Assembly: GCA_023265595.1 (NCBI GenBank)
Contig: JAHFSU010000002.1
Location: 21,105-85,104 of the forward strand
Source of the DNA: Deltaproteobacteria bacterium
GTDB taxonomy: Bacteria; UBA10199; SPLOWO2-01-44-7
Direction of reading: 5' to 3'
DNA length: 64,000 bases
Part shown: positions 17,843 through 28,354 of the stretch, one piece after another
How the letters are laid out: each line of letters starts with the position of its first letter
Numbering within the stretch: the first letter of the stretch is position 1
Program-made: the position numbers and the translations under genes
Notes under the pieces: generated by a model
Databases searched by the model: none
Seen by the model: the letters and a program-made list of their open reading frames with translations, nothing else
What the model was told of the DNA's origin: nothing

Positions 17843-19543
17843 TTATTTGGTACGAATCAAAATCCCAAATCCATCGGTAGAACCACTGCTGCTGAAATCG
17901 AGTTTGCCGCTGACATTCGATACTTTATAAAATCTCGCGGCAGAAGAGGCGGTGGTGGAGCTTTGAGAACCGCTGAAACTCTTGACCGACACGCCGGAGA
18001 GTTTGGTTCCGCGATTATCTTGCGCACTGCAGCTCAAGCAGACACCGCTCAAATTGCCGGTCGCAGAATCGGCCACTCGGGGTTGATAGGTAAACCGACG
18101 ATCTTGGCTCACTCCTCTGTCGGTCATCGCCAGCGCGGCCGACCATCTCAGAAAAAATTCACCGAACTGGTCAAAATCACCGGCACGCCCGCCGAAGGCT
18201 GCTTCAATGCCTCGGACACCGGTGTTGCTGCTTTGCAACAATTTGGCCAAAAAGGCCTTCGGATTTTCCGCCTGTTCATAAAGATATCTGAGAAAAAGAT
18301 AAGCGCCGCCGCGGGTTGCTAAATTAGGTGATTTAGAGGTTGTCAAAGGATACGCTGACGGGTTCTGCAGATAGAGGGCATAGCGCGAGGGATTTTCCTG
18401 ATTTTGCCCCATCATATCTTCAGCCAAATGAGACAACCCCTCGTTGAGCCATGCCTCTTCGGAACTCCCTTTGTTGACGAAAACATGCTGATTGTAACTA
18501 ATCGCATGTTGCAACTCATGCGGCAAAACGGCGGGGATTAAATTCGACATCGCAAACGATTTAGAAACAGTCGCACCATATTCACCCTTCGGATCCGGAA
18601 CCATAATGTAGAGAATTTCCATATGATTGCTCGCCGCATTCGATGAAGAATTGGAATAGAGATCGGTTGCGTTAAAAAATCCGGTTACGATACCGCCGCC
18701 CAGCGCCCCTAATTTATTGACTTGGGGTGTGAACAACACAATCACCTTGCCGTCATTGTTGACATCGGAGAGAGAACCAAACAAGGCCTCTTCCTTTGAT
18801 ACGGTTTCATCGAACTGCCGGCAAAAGCCGTCCACTTCAGCAGAAGAAAGCATTTCAGTGGTGACCCGTTTGTCGACATAAAAAGCGACATTATTCCGAA
18901 CACATTCGGCCACCGCATCGACACTGACCGAACTGGAGGTGGAACTTAAACTGGCCAGCACTTTAAAGGATTGTTCACTCCCTTCGGAAATGCTGGGACT
19001 GACACCGGTAGAAATCGATTTGGCCATCGACAAGGACTCTGCTTCAGAAGAAATTTCCAATGTCTCCAATTCTTTTTCTTTCAAACGGAGCGATTCATGA
19101 AACTGTTCGGTAATATCGTTAACCTCTTCAGCATGGACAGCCAGAGATTTGGAAAGTGTCGGATCTTCTTCCAGATCAAACTCAGCCTCCGAAAGATCGC
19201 CGTTGATTTGAACGGAAAAATTGCTGCTGTTGGAGGAGGTATTCGCCACAACAAAAATAAATTCTGATTGACTCTCAACCCCTGCAAAATCGAGCGATTT
19301 GGAGCTATTTAAATCGACATATAAAAGATCACCGGTTCCTAATTGTTTCGGTTGGGAATAGATATTGGTAACGGTCACGCCACCGCTATTACCGGCTCCG
19401 GAATCGGAGCCTCCACCGGAGCCACCGAGTAACGATTTGGATTCGGAAACCCCGCCTGCTTGACTTCCACAACCTGTCTCTATCATCACCAAACCGATTC
19501 CGATCATTAAAATAATCTGTTTAATATATCGATTGGCAACCAT
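17843..19543 (-). CDS. Secreted lipoprotein with an HExxH motif (PHELQHAISYNQH); putative zinc metallopeptidase
   Basis: Lipobox …LVMIETGC at the chosen start (Met 10 of the track ORF, preceded by a GAGGA SD). Driven by a σ54 promoter. Confidence 0.5.
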   Translation of the reverse strand: MVANRYIKQIILMIGIGLVMIETGCGSQAGGVSESKSLLGGSGGGSDSGAGNSGGVTVTNIYSQPKQLGTGDLLYVDLNSSKSLDFAGVESQSEFIFVVANTSSNSSNFSVQINGDLSEAEFDLEEDPTLSKSLAVHAEEVNDITEQFHESLRLKEKELETLEISSEAESLSMAKSISTGVSPSISEGSEQSFKVLASLSSTSSSVSVDAVAECVRNNVAFYVDKRVTTEMLSSAEVDGFCRQFDETVSKEEALFGSLSDVNNDGKVIVLFTPQVNKLGALGGGIVTGFFNATDLYSNSSSNAASNHMEILYIMVPDPKGEYGATVSKSFAMSNLIPAVLPHELQHAISYNQHVFVNKGSSEEAWLNEGLSHLAEDMMGQNQENPSRYALYLQNPSAYPLTTSKSPNLATRGGAYLFLRYLYEQAENPKAFLAKLLQSSNTGVRGIEAAFGGRAGDFDQFGEFFLRWSAALAMTDRGVSQDRRFTYQPRVADSATGNLSGVCLSCSAQDNRGTKLSGVSVKSFSGSQSSTTASSAARFYKVSNVSGKLDFSSSGSTDGFGILIRTK

Positions 19544-19577
19544 TTGATTATCCTCGCTTTCTTGCTTCAAGCCTTAG

Positions 19578-19598
19578 AAAAGCAAGTGGCGTGCCAAT
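19578..19598 (-). promoter_or_regulatory. σ54 (RpoN) promoter: TGGCACGCCACTTGCT on the minus strand (−24 GG / −12 GC with canonical spacing)
   Basis: Plus strand reads AGCAAGTGGCGTGCCA. The reverse complement is TGGCAC-GCCAC-TTGCT, ~30-50 nt upstream of the lipoprotein start. It is 16/17 identical to the flp promoter at 54458-54476. Confidence 0.6.
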
Positions 19599-19813
19599 CC
19601 GATCTTTTTGATAAAATTTTTTATTTCATTTTATATTTCAATGAGTTGAACTACATAAAAATTTCTGATTCTAAATATAGATGAGTGTAAAAAAACCCAT
19701 TTATTAAAAATGTGTTGATTCACTGCGTTAAAAATATGAAAAATGGCTTATTTTTCGAGACATTAACTATAAAAGATATGGGTACTAAAACACCCAAATG
19801 AATAACAAGGTGA

Positions 19814-19836
19814 CATATGGTAGCTGCTACCATATG
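19814..19836. promoter_or_regulatory. Perfect 23-bp palindrome CATATGGTAGC-T-GCTACCATATG, 11 nt upstream of the radical SAM gene start
   Basis: Seen directly. 11-bp arms are exact reverse complements. It overlaps the expected RBS/5'UTR and follows a 245-bp AT-rich intergenic region. Confidence 0.4.
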
Positions 19837-19846
19837 CCACTCTGAC

Positions 19847-20809
19847 ATGATGAAGCGCTATCGGGACCTGTCGGGCTGGCTTAAAGAAAAATATGGGTCA
19901 AAAGTTTTCAAGGTCAGTTTAACCGCCGCCACGACTTGTCCCAATTTAGACGGCAGTCTCGCAACGGGTGGGTGTACTTTTTGCAACGATGCGGCCTATT
20001 CCCCTCTCGCCTTGGCGAAAAACAGGAGACAAAAATCGATTCCCGAACAACTGGCCCAAGGGATGGAGTATGTCAAAAGACGTCATGCCACATCCAAATT
20101 CATCGCTTATTTTCAGAGCTTTACAAGCACCTATGGCGACAAAGAAAAATTGATGGCCAAATTCAGAGAAAGTCTCGATCACCCCGACGTCGTCGGCTTT
20201 GCCCTCTCCACCCGCCCCGATTGCATCGACAAAGATTGGGCCAAAGCCCTTTCCCAATTGGCCGACGGAAAATTGTGTTGGATTGAATTAGGACTGCAAA
20301 GCGCCAACGATCTTATTCTCGCCAAAATCAATCGGTGGCACACCCGATGGCAATTTGGGGAGGCCTTGAAAATTCTTAAAGATCAGAACATCGCCGTCTG
20401 CGCCCATGTTGTTTTGGGTTTGCCGCTCGAGACAAGGCCTGATGTTTTGGAAACGGCCCAATATCTGGCAACACAACCGATCGATGGAATCAAAATTCAC
20501 AATCTCCATGTTGTGAAGGGGACAGCGCTCGCACAAGAATACCAACGGGGTAAATATCAACCCCTTTCCCTGACAACTTTTACCGAATGGGCTGTCGATT
20601 TTTTGGAACAGACCCCGCCCCAGCTTTTGATTCATCGGCTTAATGCCCATGCCCCGAGGCAATTAACTTTGGCCCCCGACTGGTCGGTCAACAAATTGGC
20701 TGTCTTTCGGGCGGTTGAAAAGGAATTGATAAAAAGGGAGAGCTGGCAGGGAAAAGGACTAGGCTTTGCTAGAACCTATCTCATAAATCTGACGAAAGCG
20801 AAATTTTGA
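19847..20809 (+). CDS. Radical SAM protein, TIGR01212 family
   Basis: N-terminal CPNLDGSLATGGCTFCN (the CxxxxxxxGGCxFC cluster of the TIGR01212 family). Start chosen at the MMKRYRDLS Met; the track ORF starts 30 nt earlier inside the palindrome. Confidence 0.8.
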   Translation: MMKRYRDLSGWLKEKYGSKVFKVSLTAATTCPNLDGSLATGGCTFCNDAAYSPLALAKNRRQKSIPEQLAQGMEYVKRRHATSKFIAYFQSFTSTYGDKEKLMAKFRESLDHPDVVGFALSTRPDCIDKDWAKALSQLADGKLCWIELGLQSANDLILAKINRWHTRWQFGEALKILKDQNIAVCAHVVLGLPLETRPDVLETAQYLATQPIDGIKIHNLHVVKGTALAQEYQRGKYQPLSLTTFTEWAVDFLEQTPPQLLIHRLNAHAPRQLTLAPDWSVNKLAVFRAVEKELIKRESWQGKGLGFARTYLINLTKAKF

Positions 20810-20851
20810 TTTTTCGAGCGAGACGAGAAGGATGAGCAAAAAGCCCGGAGG

Positions 20852-20880
20852 CGTAGCCATAGCTACGTTGAGGATTTTTT
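20852..20880 (+). terminator. Weak putative intrinsic terminator (6-bp stem CGTAGC-CATA-GCTACG, spacer, T6) after the radical SAM gene
   Basis: Seen directly. Short stem with the T-run 7 nt away, hence low confidence. Confidence 0.3.
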
Positions 20881-20946
20881 GCGAAATCCGACGAAGTCGC
20901 AGCCGAAAAAGCAAAATTGCAGCCGGAACGATTTATGAGATAGGTT

Positions 20947-21660
20947 CTAGGGATTTATTGGCGGTGGAATCGGTTCTCGATCAAACAATCGCCTGAGTTC
21001 TACAACGGTCTCCCTTAGAAAAAATTTTGTTTTCCCTTCAGCCATTTCGGAGAGACCATCGACCATAAATTGATAATGGGGTCTCAAAAAGAGCCTCGGC
21101 CTAAAAAAGGATAGAACGCGCAAAAATTCAGCCGCCTTTTCATCCTTTTTCAGCACCGCTTCTTTAATCAGTTGGGAAATCGCCCCAATCGAACAAATGG
21201 ATATCGTATTCGATGCAATCCGATAGAGATCTCGATCTATTTCGCCACTCAAAAACAAATAGGCGGCGCTAAAATCTGGATTAATCGTATTTATAAAACG
21301 AAAGTCGCTCACATCCCTTTGCCCCACTGTAAAAGCGACGGCTTTTGCAAAAACCGTTTTTTCAATCAAGCACAAATGGGCTGCTAAAGTTCTTGCGTCG
21401 AGACAAAAACCGTCATCGGTGCGATCCTGAAATCTTCTTAAAGAAGCAACGTCTCTTTGAACCGATCTTCCACACCCGGCTACATCAAGATGGGAAGTAA
21501 AATAATCGATCGAACGAGAATCCCAGTTCCGAATCGTGGAGCCACTTTCCAATGCCCGCGAAAGTCCGCTCGGCCCCGCAGAAATGGCGCCCCATAAGGA
21601 GATGCTGCCTATCTGTGCAATCATTGTTTCTCTATAAGTCGGAAGCGACGTTTTATTCAA
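20947..21660 (-). CDS. Hypothetical protein, last gene of the peptide ABC transporter operon
   Basis: 237 aa. 4-nt overlap with the ABC ATPase stop. No recognisable motifs. Confidence 0.45.
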   Translation of the reverse strand: MNKTSLPTYRETMIAQIGSISLWGAISAGPSGLSRALESGSTIRNWDSRSIDYFTSHLDVAGCGRSVQRDVASLRRFQDRTDDGFCLDARTLAAHLCLIEKTVFAKAVAFTVGQRDVSDFRFINTINPDFSAAYLFLSGEIDRDLYRIASNTISICSIGAISQLIKEAVLKKDEKAAEFLRVLSFFRPRLFLRPHYQFMVDGLSEMAEGKTKFFLRETVVELRRLFDREPIPPPINP

Positions 21661-23297
21661 GCGGGCTTTTTTGGAGGTTCGAAAGGTTTTAGTCCCCTCT
21701 TGCGCATCGGATCGGGAAGGGGAACCGCCGCAAGAAGCGCTCTGGTGTAAGGATGTTGTGCCTGAGCCAGATTTTGCGGCAAAAAAGTCTCCACAATTTT
21801 TCCGCGGTACATGACCGCAATCCGGTCGCTCATTTGCGAAACCACTTTCAGATCGTGTGAGATAAAAAGTGTGGTCAGCTTCAGTTCTCGCTGCAAATTT
21901 TTAATCAGCGCCATGATTTCGGCCTGAATAGAGACATCGAGCGCCGAAAGAGGTTCGTCCGCCACAATCAGATCGGGATGAAGCGCAATCGCTCGCGCAA
22001 TGCCGATCCGCTGGCGTTGTCCGCCGCTGAATTCGTGCGGATATTTATCGTAATCTTTTGCGGCAAGCCCCACTTGTTCGAGCAATTGCAAAACCCGCGC
22101 ATGGCGTTCTTTTCGATCTCCTCTTTGATGGATGAGCAACGGCTCTTCAATAATTTCACCGGCCATCATGCGCGGGTTTAAAGAGGCATACGGGTCTTGA
22201 AAGATCATCTGGATTTTGGCACGAAGCGGCCTCAAAGAGCGCTGAGATAAATGAGTGATCTCTTTCCCTTCAAAGAAAATCCGGCCGTTATCGGGTTCCA
22301 AAAGGCGCATCAACATCATCCCCAACGTCGTCTTGCCGCAACCCGATTCACCCACAAGCCCCAATGTTTCCCCTTTCGTCACGCAAAAAGAGACATCATT
22401 AACGGCATCGATCTTTTGCCTTCCGACCGGAAACGATTTCACAAGATTTTGAACTTCAAGGATCGCCGCCGGTTTTGCTAAAATAATAGCCGAAGGTTTC
22501 TCGTTCGGAATTTTTTGGAGTGGGGGGATCGCATCGAGCAATTTTTTAGTATAGGCGTGTTGCGGTTTTTTAAAAATCCCCTCGACAGAGGCCTCCTCCA
22601 CCATCTCGCCGGTTTTCATCACCATCACACGATGGGCAATGTCGGCCGCCACGCCAAAATCATGCGTGATCAGCAGCAAGGCCATCCCCAATTCCTGCTG
22701 CAACTTCTTCAGCAGATCCAAAATTTGCGCCTGAATCGTCACATCCAAAGCGGTGGTCGGCTCATCGGCAATCAACAGATCCGGTTTACACGCCAACGCC
22801 ATGGCGATCATGACCCGTTGCCGCATACCGCCCGAAAGTTGATGGGGATATTGATCGAGACGTTCGATCGGAGACGGAATCCCGACTTTTTCGAGCAGCT
22901 CGATCACACGCGCTTTTGCTTGCAACGGAGTTCCCCCTTCGTGCAAAAGAAGGGCCTCCGCAATCTGGTCCCTAATGGTAAAAACGGGATTGAGCGAAGT
23001 CATCGGTTCCTGAAAAATCATCGCGATATTTTTGCCGCGGATGCGCTGCATCGCTTTGCGATCCAAAGCAAGAAGGTTTTGACCCTTGAAAAGAATTTCG
23101 CCGCCGGAAATTTTTCCGGGGGGCGGCACCAGACGCATCAAAGACAAGGAGAGAACGCTTTTGCCGGAGCCCGATTCTCCAACGAGCCCGACCGACTCTC
23201 CCTTTTCAATCGAAAAAGAGACACCTTGAACCGCCTTGACCAAACCGGAAGAGGTCTCAAAAGCGGTCTGCAAATTTTTGACCTCGAGTAATGTCAT
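21657..23297 (-). CDS. Fused double ATP-binding-cassette protein of a peptide/nickel (Opp/Dpp-type) ABC transporter
   Basis: 546 aa with two complete ABC ATPase domains. Walker A GESGSGKS and GESGCGKT. Two LSGGxxQR signatures. Walker [13 protein letters not shown] and [12 protein letters not shown]. Confidence 0.9.
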   Translation of the reverse strand: MTLLEVKNLQTAFETSSGLVKAVQGVSFSIEKGESVGLVGESGSGKSVLSLSLMRLVPPPGKISGGEILFKGQNLLALDRKAMQRIRGKNIAMIFQEPMTSLNPVFTIRDQIAEALLLHEGGTPLQAKARVIELLEKVGIPSPIERLDQYPHQLSGGMRQRVMIAMALACKPDLLIADEPTTALDVTIQAQILDLLKKLQQELGMALLLITHDFGVAADIAHRVMVMKTGEMVEEASVEGIFKKPQHAYTKKLLDAIPPLQKIPNEKPSAIILAKPAAILEVQNLVKSFPVGRQKIDAVNDVSFCVTKGETLGLVGESGCGKTTLGMMLMRLLEPDNGRIFFEGKEITHLSQRSLRPLRAKIQMIFQDPYASLNPRMMAGEIIEEPLLIHQRGDRKERHARVLQLLEQVGLAAKDYDKYPHEFSGGQRQRIGIARAIALHPDLIVADEPLSALDVSIQAEIMALIKNLQRELKLTTLFISHDLKVVSQMSDRIAVMYRGKIVETFLPQNLAQAQHPYTRALLAAVPLPDPMRKRGLKPFEPPKKPA

Positions 23298-24142
23298 AAA
23301 TTTTTGAGCCGTGGATCGATCGCATCCCGCAAACCTTCACCGACCAGATTGTAAGCCGTGATCGTGATGAAAATGGCCAAACCGGGGGCCAAGGTAAGCC
23401 ACCACGCCGTGTCCATAAAACTTTGCGCCTGAGACAAAATCGCCCCCCAACTCGGAACCTGTGGGGGAACTCCAAACCCGAGAAAAGACAAGGCGCTCTC
23501 CGTCAAAATGGCCGAGGCAACGCCAAAACTGGCCGAAACCAAAACAGGGGCCAGCGCGTTGGGGAGCAGATATTTGAAAAGGATCCGAAAATCGCCGGCC
23601 CCGATCTGTCTGGCCCCCAAAACAAATTCACGATTTCTGAATTTTAAGAATTCACCGCGCACGAGCCGCGCAATGCCGGTCCATTGTGTCACACCGATCA
23701 CAATCATGATGTTGTAAATGCTCGGCCCCACAAAGGCCAACACCGCCAGAATTAGAAAAAATGTCGGGAAGCAGAGCATCACTTCAATCCCGCGGGAAAT
23801 GATCATGTCGATCCAACCGCCGTAGTAACCGGCCAAGGCGCCCAGAATAATGCCAATCACGACATAAATACTGACCGCGACAAAACCGACACTCAAAGAA
23901 ACGCGCGCGCCAAAAAGCATTCGGCTAAAAACATCGCGCCCCAAATCATCGGTGCCGAGCCAATGCATGGCGTTGGGCGCAATCAAAATCTGATCCAAAT
24001 CGTAGGACTCGGGTGAAAAAGGGGCCAAAAAGGGAGCCGCAACGGCGATCAAAATCAGAAACAAAACCAAAAAGAGAGCCGCGACCGCCAGCTTTGAACG
24101 CTGGAATTGATACCAAACCTGTTGCCAATACGATTGATGCAT
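23294..24142 (-). CDS. ABC transporter permease (OppC/DppC-like)
   Basis: 282 aa polytopic membrane protein. Operon position and 4-nt overlaps. Confidence 0.85.
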   Translation of the reverse strand: MHQSYWQQVWYQFQRSKLAVAALFLVLFLILIAVAAPFLAPFSPESYDLDQILIAPNAMHWLGTDDLGRDVFSRMLFGARVSLSVGFVAVSIYVVIGIILGALAGYYGGWIDMIISRGIEVMLCFPTFFLILAVLAFVGPSIYNIMIVIGVTQWTGIARLVRGEFLKFRNREFVLGARQIGAGDFRILFKYLLPNALAPVLVSASFGVASAILTESALSFLGFGVPPQVPSWGAILSQAQSFMDTAWWLTLAPGLAIFITITAYNLVGEGLRDAIDPRLKNL

Positions 24143-25161
24143 TATCTCCCCTCAAATGTAATACGCGGATCGACGACCCGATACAAAAGATCGCTGATCA
24201 AAAGGCTGATCAATGTTAAAAAAGCGTCGATTGTTGCAATCGCCATAATCAACGGGTAATCGCGATTTAAAACCGCCTCGAACCCCAAACGCCCCATCCC
24301 CGGAATGGCAAAAATTTGTTCGATGATCACCGAGCCCCCTAACAGCGCCGGAAGCAGCGTCCCCAACAGGGTCAGTTGTGGGATCAACGCGTTCCGCAAT
24401 CCATGTTTGAAAATCACTTTCCATTCACTCAAACCCTTTGCCCGTGCCGTACGGATATAATCCTGATGAATCACTTCGAGCATCGTGGCGCGACTGAACC
24501 GCGCCAAAAAAGAAAAACTGCCGTAAGTCAGGCAGAGGATCGGCAGAATAAGATGCCATGCGATATTGCCGACCTTGCGAAAAAAGGAGAGGGAATCAGC
24601 CCCATCAGAAATAAAACCGGCAATCGGAAACAGATTCAAATAGTCGCCGCCGGCCACAAAAATAATCAGGAGCATCGCGACCCAAAAGGTCGGGAGCGAA
24701 TATAAAACAAACAAAATAAGCGCCGAAACACGATCAAACCATCCGGTCGGTTTGATGGCCGAAACAACGCCCCACGGAATCGAGACAAGATAGATAATCA
24801 AAATCGTGATGAGGTTGAGAGTGAGTGTAATCGGAAGCGTTTCGGCAATCTTTTTTAAAACCGGCCGATGATCTTTATAAGAATCGCCAAAATCAAATGT
24901 GGCTACCCGTTTCACCCAAATGGCAAATTGTTCGGGGATCGGTTTATCCAACCCGTAGAGTTTTCGCGTCTCTTCGACAATCGACATCGCCGCACGGTCG
25001 GCCATCATCCCCTGTGCAGAGGCGCGCAGCTTCATCTCGGCCGGATCGCCCGGCGCCAGACGGATGACCAAAAAGGTGATAAAAATAATCCCGATAAGTG
25101 TCGGGATCATGAAAAAAATCCTTTTGAGGGTATAGGATAGCATTATTCTTCCACCACCCAT
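24142..25161 (-). CDS. ABC transporter permease (OppB/DppB-like)
   Basis: 339 aa polytopic membrane protein, adjacent to the OppC-like gene. Confidence 0.85.
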   Translation of the reverse strand: MGGGRIMLSYTLKRIFFMIPTLIGIIFITFLVIRLAPGDPAEMKLRASAQGMMADRAAMSIVEETRKLYGLDKPIPEQFAIWVKRVATFDFGDSYKDHRPVLKKIAETLPITLTLNLITILIIYLVSIPWGVVSAIKPTGWFDRVSALILFVLYSLPTFWVAMLLIIFVAGGDYLNLFPIAGFISDGADSLSFFRKVGNIAWHLILPILCLTYGSFSFLARFSRATMLEVIHQDYIRTARAKGLSEWKVIFKHGLRNALIPQLTLLGTLLPALLGGSVIIEQIFAIPGMGRLGFEAVLNRDYPLIMAIATIDAFLTLISLLISDLLYRVVDPRITFEGR

Positions 25162-26759
25162 TCTTTCATATCGAGCCCCACAGGATATTCCTTCACATTT
25201 TTGAAACGTTTGTCGCGCGCCAAAAGATCGGGCCGTGCAAACATAAAACAGTAGGGTTGATCTTCATACAAAAGTCGGTGGATCTTTTTGTAAATTTCCG
25301 ATCTTTTCTTCTCATCAAACTCTTTTCCCCCTTCTTCAATGAGGCGATCCACTTCCGCGTTGGCATAACTGACAAAATTGGATCCCCCCTTCGACTGGGA
25401 AGAGTGAAATGTTTGATACATGTCCTCAATGCCAACACCACGGCCCCATGCCGCCATGTAAGCATCAAAATCGTGCTCATTCAGAAGTCGAAAAAGGGTG
25501 ATTGCCTCCAGACGGCGTAATTCAATGGCAATGCCGACTTTTGCAAAATTTTGCTGCAAAATGGGGGTGAGCTGTTCATAAAATTGCTGGCCGGCGGAAA
25601 AAAGGAGGGTGAACCGGAGAGGGACTCCGTTTTTATCACGCAGCCCGTCTCCATCGTGATCGATCCATTCGGCTTCATTGAGCAACTGTTGCGCCCTCTC
25701 CAAATCATACTCGATAGGTTTCAGGTTCTTATCATAATTGTTTCCCAACGGATTATAAGGTCCCGTGACCGGGAAATAGAGACGGAAAAGGATTTTTTCA
25801 TTGATGATATTCCGATTGACCAGATGCGCCAAGGCCAAACGGACCCTTTTATCTTGGAAATAAGGTCTCTTAAGATTCCATCCGATATAGTTATAAGTCG
25901 CAAATGGGGTGAAAAACCAGTGTTTGATAAAATGTTCTTCAAATTTTTTGCTTTCGGTCTGTCTGGCCCATTGAAGCGGTGTCAAATCGATCAGATCCAA
26001 GTCTCCCTTTTTGAAAAGCTGGAAGGCCGTTTCCCCATCCGGCACCATTTTAAAAATAATTTTTTTAATGGGATAGGCGGGACGCCAATAATTCGGATTT
26101 TTTTTCAGAACAATCCTTTGTCCGGTTTTCCATTCCTGAAAAAGAAAGGGGCCGGTCCCTATCGGTTGTCTTCCGGCCGGATGGGTATTGAAATCGCCCC
26201 CTGTATCAAAAACATGTTTTGGGAGAACGGTCAGCAAACCCAAGGTATACAATGCCCCGGCGTAAGGACGGCGATAAGTAAAGCGAACGGTATGGGCATC
26301 CAATTTTTCAGCCTTTACAACATCCCGATAATAATTTCTCAAAGGGGCGGCATCGACCTTAGGATCCTGAATTTTTTCGTAAGTATAGAGGACATCATCA
26401 GCGGTAAACGGTTTGCCGTCCTGCCAGCGAATATCCTCCCTCAAAAAAAAGGTGTATTGCAATTTATCCGGCGAAACGGTCCAGCGTGTTGCCAAAAGCG
26501 GCTTTGGTTTCAAGGTTTCATTATCGAGTTCAAAAAGATTTTCATAAATATATCCGGCAACTATGGAAGCATAAGCACTGCCTGCCGTCACCGGATTAAG
26601 CGTATCAGGATCGGTAGGTAAATTTTGGACAACGGCATAGGGGTCCTTGGGGACTTTGAAGGAACAGCCCGCTAAAAAAAAGGAGAGAAGGTAAATGAAT
26701 GCGATCCCCGCTTTCGCGGAGAGGACACTATTCCCATTGTTTGATTTTCCCTTCCACAC
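25143..26759 (-). CDS. ABC transporter substrate-binding lipoprotein (family 5, peptide/nickel-type)
   Basis: 538 aa. Lipoprotein signal …FLAGC. Size and position are typical of OppA/DppA. Confidence 0.8.
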   Translation of the reverse strand: MWKGKSNNGNSVLSAKAGIAFIYLLSFFLAGCSFKVPKDPYAVVQNLPTDPDTLNPVTAGSAYASIVAGYIYENLFELDNETLKPKPLLATRWTVSPDKLQYTFFLREDIRWQDGKPFTADDVLYTYEKIQDPKVDAAPLRNYYRDVVKAEKLDAHTVRFTYRRPYAGALYTLGLLTVLPKHVFDTGGDFNTHPAGRQPIGTGPFLFQEWKTGQRIVLKKNPNYWRPAYPIKKIIFKMVPDGETAFQLFKKGDLDLIDLTPLQWARQTESKKFEEHFIKHWFFTPFATYNYIGWNLKRPYFQDKRVRLALAHLVNRNIINEKILFRLYFPVTGPYNPLGNNYDKNLKPIEYDLERAQQLLNEAEWIDHDGDGLRDKNGVPLRFTLLFSAGQQFYEQLTPILQQNFAKVGIAIELRRLEAITLFRLLNEHDFDAYMAAWGRGVGIEDMYQTFHSSQSKGGSNFVSYANAEVDRLIEEGGKEFDEKKRSEIYKKIHRLLYEDQPYCFMFARPDLLARDKRFKNVKEYPVGLDMKEWVVEE

Positions 26760-28329
26760 GCTCCAAATCCTCTCTGTTGGGCTCTGCTTGGGTTTTGTTC
26801 AAATCACGGGCCTTCTGAAAAAATCGGAGGGCCTGCGCCTTTTGACCCAATTTCAAATAGGCGTCTCCCAAATGTTCGTTGATGATCGGCTCTTTAGGAA
26901 GTATCTGATACGCTTTTTGCAAAGTCCGGAGGGCCATCTTGTAATCCCCTTTTCGATAATAAACCCAGCCGAGACTATCGATGATGTAGCCATCATTCGG
27001 TTTTAATTTCAAAGCCTCTTCTACCCATTGTTGGGCCTGATTCAGATTTTTCCCCTCTTCCGCATAGATGTATCCGATATAATTCAAGGCGGAGGCGTTT
27101 TGCGGATTAATCTCCAAAACCTTTTGCATCAGCTTAACCGCCTCGTCTTTCTTTTTTGTTTTATCGTAGAGAAGGGACAAATTAAAATAGAGCTGTTCTT
27201 CCCCTTCCATTTGACGAATCCCGTTTTTCAAAACATCGATGGCCTGCCCGATTTTACTTTGTTCTTCATAGAGCAGGGATAAAAGCAGATAGAGTTGCGG
27301 CGCTTTTGTCTCTTTGCGAAGAGCCTTCTCCAAAAGGGCAACGGCTTTTTCATTTTGCTTTAAATCACGATAGAGAAGCGCCTCATGCAATGTTGCATCT
27401 TTATAAAAAGAAGAGGCCGACGGCACCTTTTCAAAATGATCGAGTGCCTCCTGATTGCGCTTCATCTTTTCAAAAACCAGCCCCAAATAATAATGAATCC
27501 GGTCGGCGTTGGGATTGGCCTGCAAAATCTTTTCCAACCGAGAGATGGTCTCTTTCATATCGCCCAATTCCTGATAAATAGAGGCGATCTGAAGTTGAAG
27601 GCCGAGATCCTCCGACATCTGTTTTTCAATCAACAACAGTTGTTTTAATGCCGACTGCATCTTGTTTTGCTCGACATAAATTTGCGCAATCTGATGCCGG
27701 ACCTTCAGATTATCCGGATCCTCCTTGAGAATTTGTTCATAATATTGTAGCGCCTTGCCCGGCTGTTCTAGATAGGTTTCATAAATAGTCGCCATATAAT
27801 AATCGGCCGATAAAGATTCCGGATGACGTTTTTTCAGATTTTCGAGAACGCGAATGGCTCCATGAAATTTTTTTTCATAAACCAGACTTTGGGCCAGCTT
27901 GAGGTAACCCTCTTCCCATTCCGGTTTTGCTTTAACCACCTGCTCAAAAACATGTGTCGATTGCGGCGTCTCTCCTTTAGCCTCCAAAACTTGTGCGTAC
28001 AAAACGCGGGCATCCGTCATATTCGGATCGCTTTTGAGCGCCGCTTCCGATTCTTTCAACGCCTCATCGAGCTGTTTGTTTTGGGCATAACGCTGGGCCA
28101 ACAGGGTGTGGAGATAAGCGCTGTCGGGATAGGCCGCGACTGTTTTTTTGAGATCGGCAATTGAAGATCCCAAATTTTCTTCATAGGCCTCCAGATTGGA
28201 GAGGACAAAATGGGTGTAGGGATTCTCCTCTTTTTTGGAAACAGCGCCCTTTTTTGAAGGCTGTTTCGTACACCCCCCGACTAGGAGAAAAAAAAGAATT
28301 CCAAAAACCAGAACGTTTTTCTTTTTCAT
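26728..28329 (-). CDS. TPR-repeat lipoprotein
   Basis: Start placed at MKKKNVLVFGILFFLLVGGC (lipobox); the track ORF extends 71 codons further upstream. The body is ~12 TPR-like repeats. Confidence 0.6.
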   Translation of the reverse strand: MKKKNVLVFGILFFLLVGGCTKQPSKKGAVSKKEENPYTHFVLSNLEAYEENLGSSIADLKKTVAAYPDSAYLHTLLAQRYAQNKQLDEALKESEAALKSDPNMTDARVLYAQVLEAKGETPQSTHVFEQVVKAKPEWEEGYLKLAQSLVYEKKFHGAIRVLENLKKRHPESLSADYYMATIYETYLEQPGKALQYYEQILKEDPDNLKVRHQIAQIYVEQNKMQSALKQLLLIEKQMSEDLGLQLQIASIYQELGDMKETISRLEKILQANPNADRIHYYLGLVFEKMKRNQEALDHFEKVPSASSFYKDATLHEALLYRDLKQNEKAVALLEKALRKETKAPQLYLLLSLLYEEQSKIGQAIDVLKNGIRQMEGEEQLYFNLSLLYDKTKKKDEAVKLMQKVLEINPQNASALNYIGYIYAEEGKNLNQAQQWVEEALKLKPNDGYIIDSLGWVYYRKGDYKMALRTLQKAYQILPKEPIINEHLGDAYLKLGQKAQALRFFQKARDLNKTQAEPNREDLERVEGKIKQWE

Positions 28330-28354
28330 AGGTAACGAATTTTGAATATACCAT

